Shown: piece by piece, positions 63,177-64,000 of the stretch
Layout: each line of letters starts with the position of its first letter
How positions within the stretch are numbered: position 1 is the stretch's first letter
Assembly (NCBI GenBank): GCA_963749755.1
Contig: CAVVOK010000010.1
Span: 101,301-165,300, forward strand
DNA from: an uncultured Alphaproteobacteria bacterium
GTDB taxonomy: Bacteria > Pseudomonadota > Alphaproteobacteria > Rhizobiales > Kaistiaceae
DNA: 64,000 nt
Reading direction: 5' to 3'
Made by a program: the position numbers and the translations under genes
Notes under the pieces: model-generated
Told to the model about the DNA's origin: nothing
The model's database searches: none
Seen by the model: the letters and a program-made list of their open reading frames with translations, nothing else

Positions 63177-64000
63177 GCCAGCCTCCGCGCTCGCAGCAAG
63201 TCGCGCAACTCCGACATGTTCTCGTGCACGCCCACCTTCCGCGCCGACAGCCCGAGCGCGATGCCCAGGAGCTGCGTGAAGTAGAGGATCTTCACCTTCG
63301 TCTTTTTCCCGAACACCTTCTCCGCGCGCATCTGATGCATCTCGAGGCCCGTGTGGCAGGTCGGGCATTCGGTCGCGATCACGTCCGCGCCGCAGGCCTC
63401 CGCCGTCGTCAGCAGGTTCAGCACAAGCTTGGTTGATGTGTCGGAATCCGACAGCGTATGGGCGCCACCGCAGCATGCCGTCTTCAGCGGATACTCGACG
63501 TTCTCCGCGCCGGCCGCCGCCAAGAGATCGTCCATGAAGTGCGGCTTCGACGTCAATTCCGAACCCGGCCCCTTGTCCTTCTCCGGGAAGATATGCCGCG
63601 GGCGCGTGTACATGCAGCCGTAGTAGTTAGCGACCTTCAGGCCCTTCAGCGAATTGGTGACGCGCGCCTTCAGTCCTTCCTCGCCGATCGCGTGCTTGAT
63701 CCAGTCGAGCGCGTGGATCGTCTCGACCTTGCCGGCCTCGTAGGTCTTGTGGCCGGCCTTGGCCGACAGGCGGGCATTCACCTCACGCGACGGCTGATCG
63801 TTCGCGAGGTCGTATTCCGCCTTCTTTAGGTTGTGATAGCAGCCGTTGCAGGGCGCCATCACCGTTTTGAAGCCCATGTCCTCCGCGATCGAGAGGTTCC
63901 GCGCCGAGAGGTATGTCTGAAGCTTCGGATCGACGTTCTTGACCTCCATCGCTCCGCAGCAGTTCCAGTTTTCCAGTTCCACCACGTCGAGTCCGAGCGC
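63173..64000 (-). CDS. hdrB: heterodisulfide reductase subunit B-like protein (two CCG domains); the 5' end lies beyond the window
   Basis: NWNCCG..APCNGCYHNL and KTACCGG..ATECPTCHTG form a tandem CCG-domain pattern. The reading frame continues upstream of the ORF-track start to the window edge (ALGLDVVELENWNCCG). Confidence 0.75.
   Translation of the reverse strand, partial: ALGLDVVELENWNCCGAMEVKNVDPKLQTYLSARNLSIAEDMGFKTVMAPCNGCYHNLKKAEYDLANDQPSREVNARLSAKAGHKTYEAGKVETIHALDWIKHAIGEEGLKARVTNSLKGLKVANYYGCMYTRPRHIFPEKDKGPGSELTSKPHFMDDLLAAAGAENVEYPLKTACCGGAHTLSDSDTSTKLVLNLLTTAEACGADVIATECPTCHTGLEMHQMRAEKVFGKKTKVKILYFTQLLGIALGLSARKVGVHENMSELRDLLRARRLA

Overview
This is a high-GC alphaproteobacterial chromosome segment. 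The gene order looks Hyphomicrobiales/Rhizobiales-like, which is an inference from synteny only. I saw no mobile elements, CRISPR arrays or rRNA genes.

Layout:
- 1-33.3 kb, almost all minus strand: dxr (partial)-cdsA-uppS-frr-pyrH-tsf-rpsB, an SbmA/BacA-type transporter, dnaE, lolC-lolD, proS, DUF1467-mce-rnj-birA, a complete nuoA-N operon, then tRNA-Asp and tRNA-Val.
- 33.4-53.4 kb, plus strand: a GT39 glycosyltransferase, an MsrQ-like membrane protein, and a large alpha-glucan locus (GH13-like gene, glgE, treS-pep2 fusion, glgB, glgX, malQ, glgA, DUF2934, short glgP).
- 53.5-58.7 kb, minus strand: a pfkB-family kinase and a sugar ABC transporter.
- 59.0-64.0 kb, minus strand: the downstream end of an sHdr/LbpA-type sulfur-oxidation cluster. 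It holds hdrB (partial), an unknown 153-aa ORF, a GcvH-like LbpA, two DsrE-like/TusA-like pairs, an SQR-like flavoprotein and DUF1641.

Main oddities:
1. About 50 frame changes plus two in-frame stop codons are packed into 35.5-40.0 kb and 43.3-46.8 kb (MsrQ-like, GH13-like, glgE, glgB, glgX). The neighbouring genes are clean.
2. Isolated single-base frameshifts sit in frr, rnj (producing a false rnj-mce fusion ORF), nuoL, treS-pep2 and the SQR-like gene.
3. An orphan plus-strand intrinsic terminator closes a 430-bp lower-GC noncoding gap.
4. The sulfur-trafficking gene set contains an uncharacterised, translationally coupled ORF.

All calls rest on reading the translations by eye; no searches were run.
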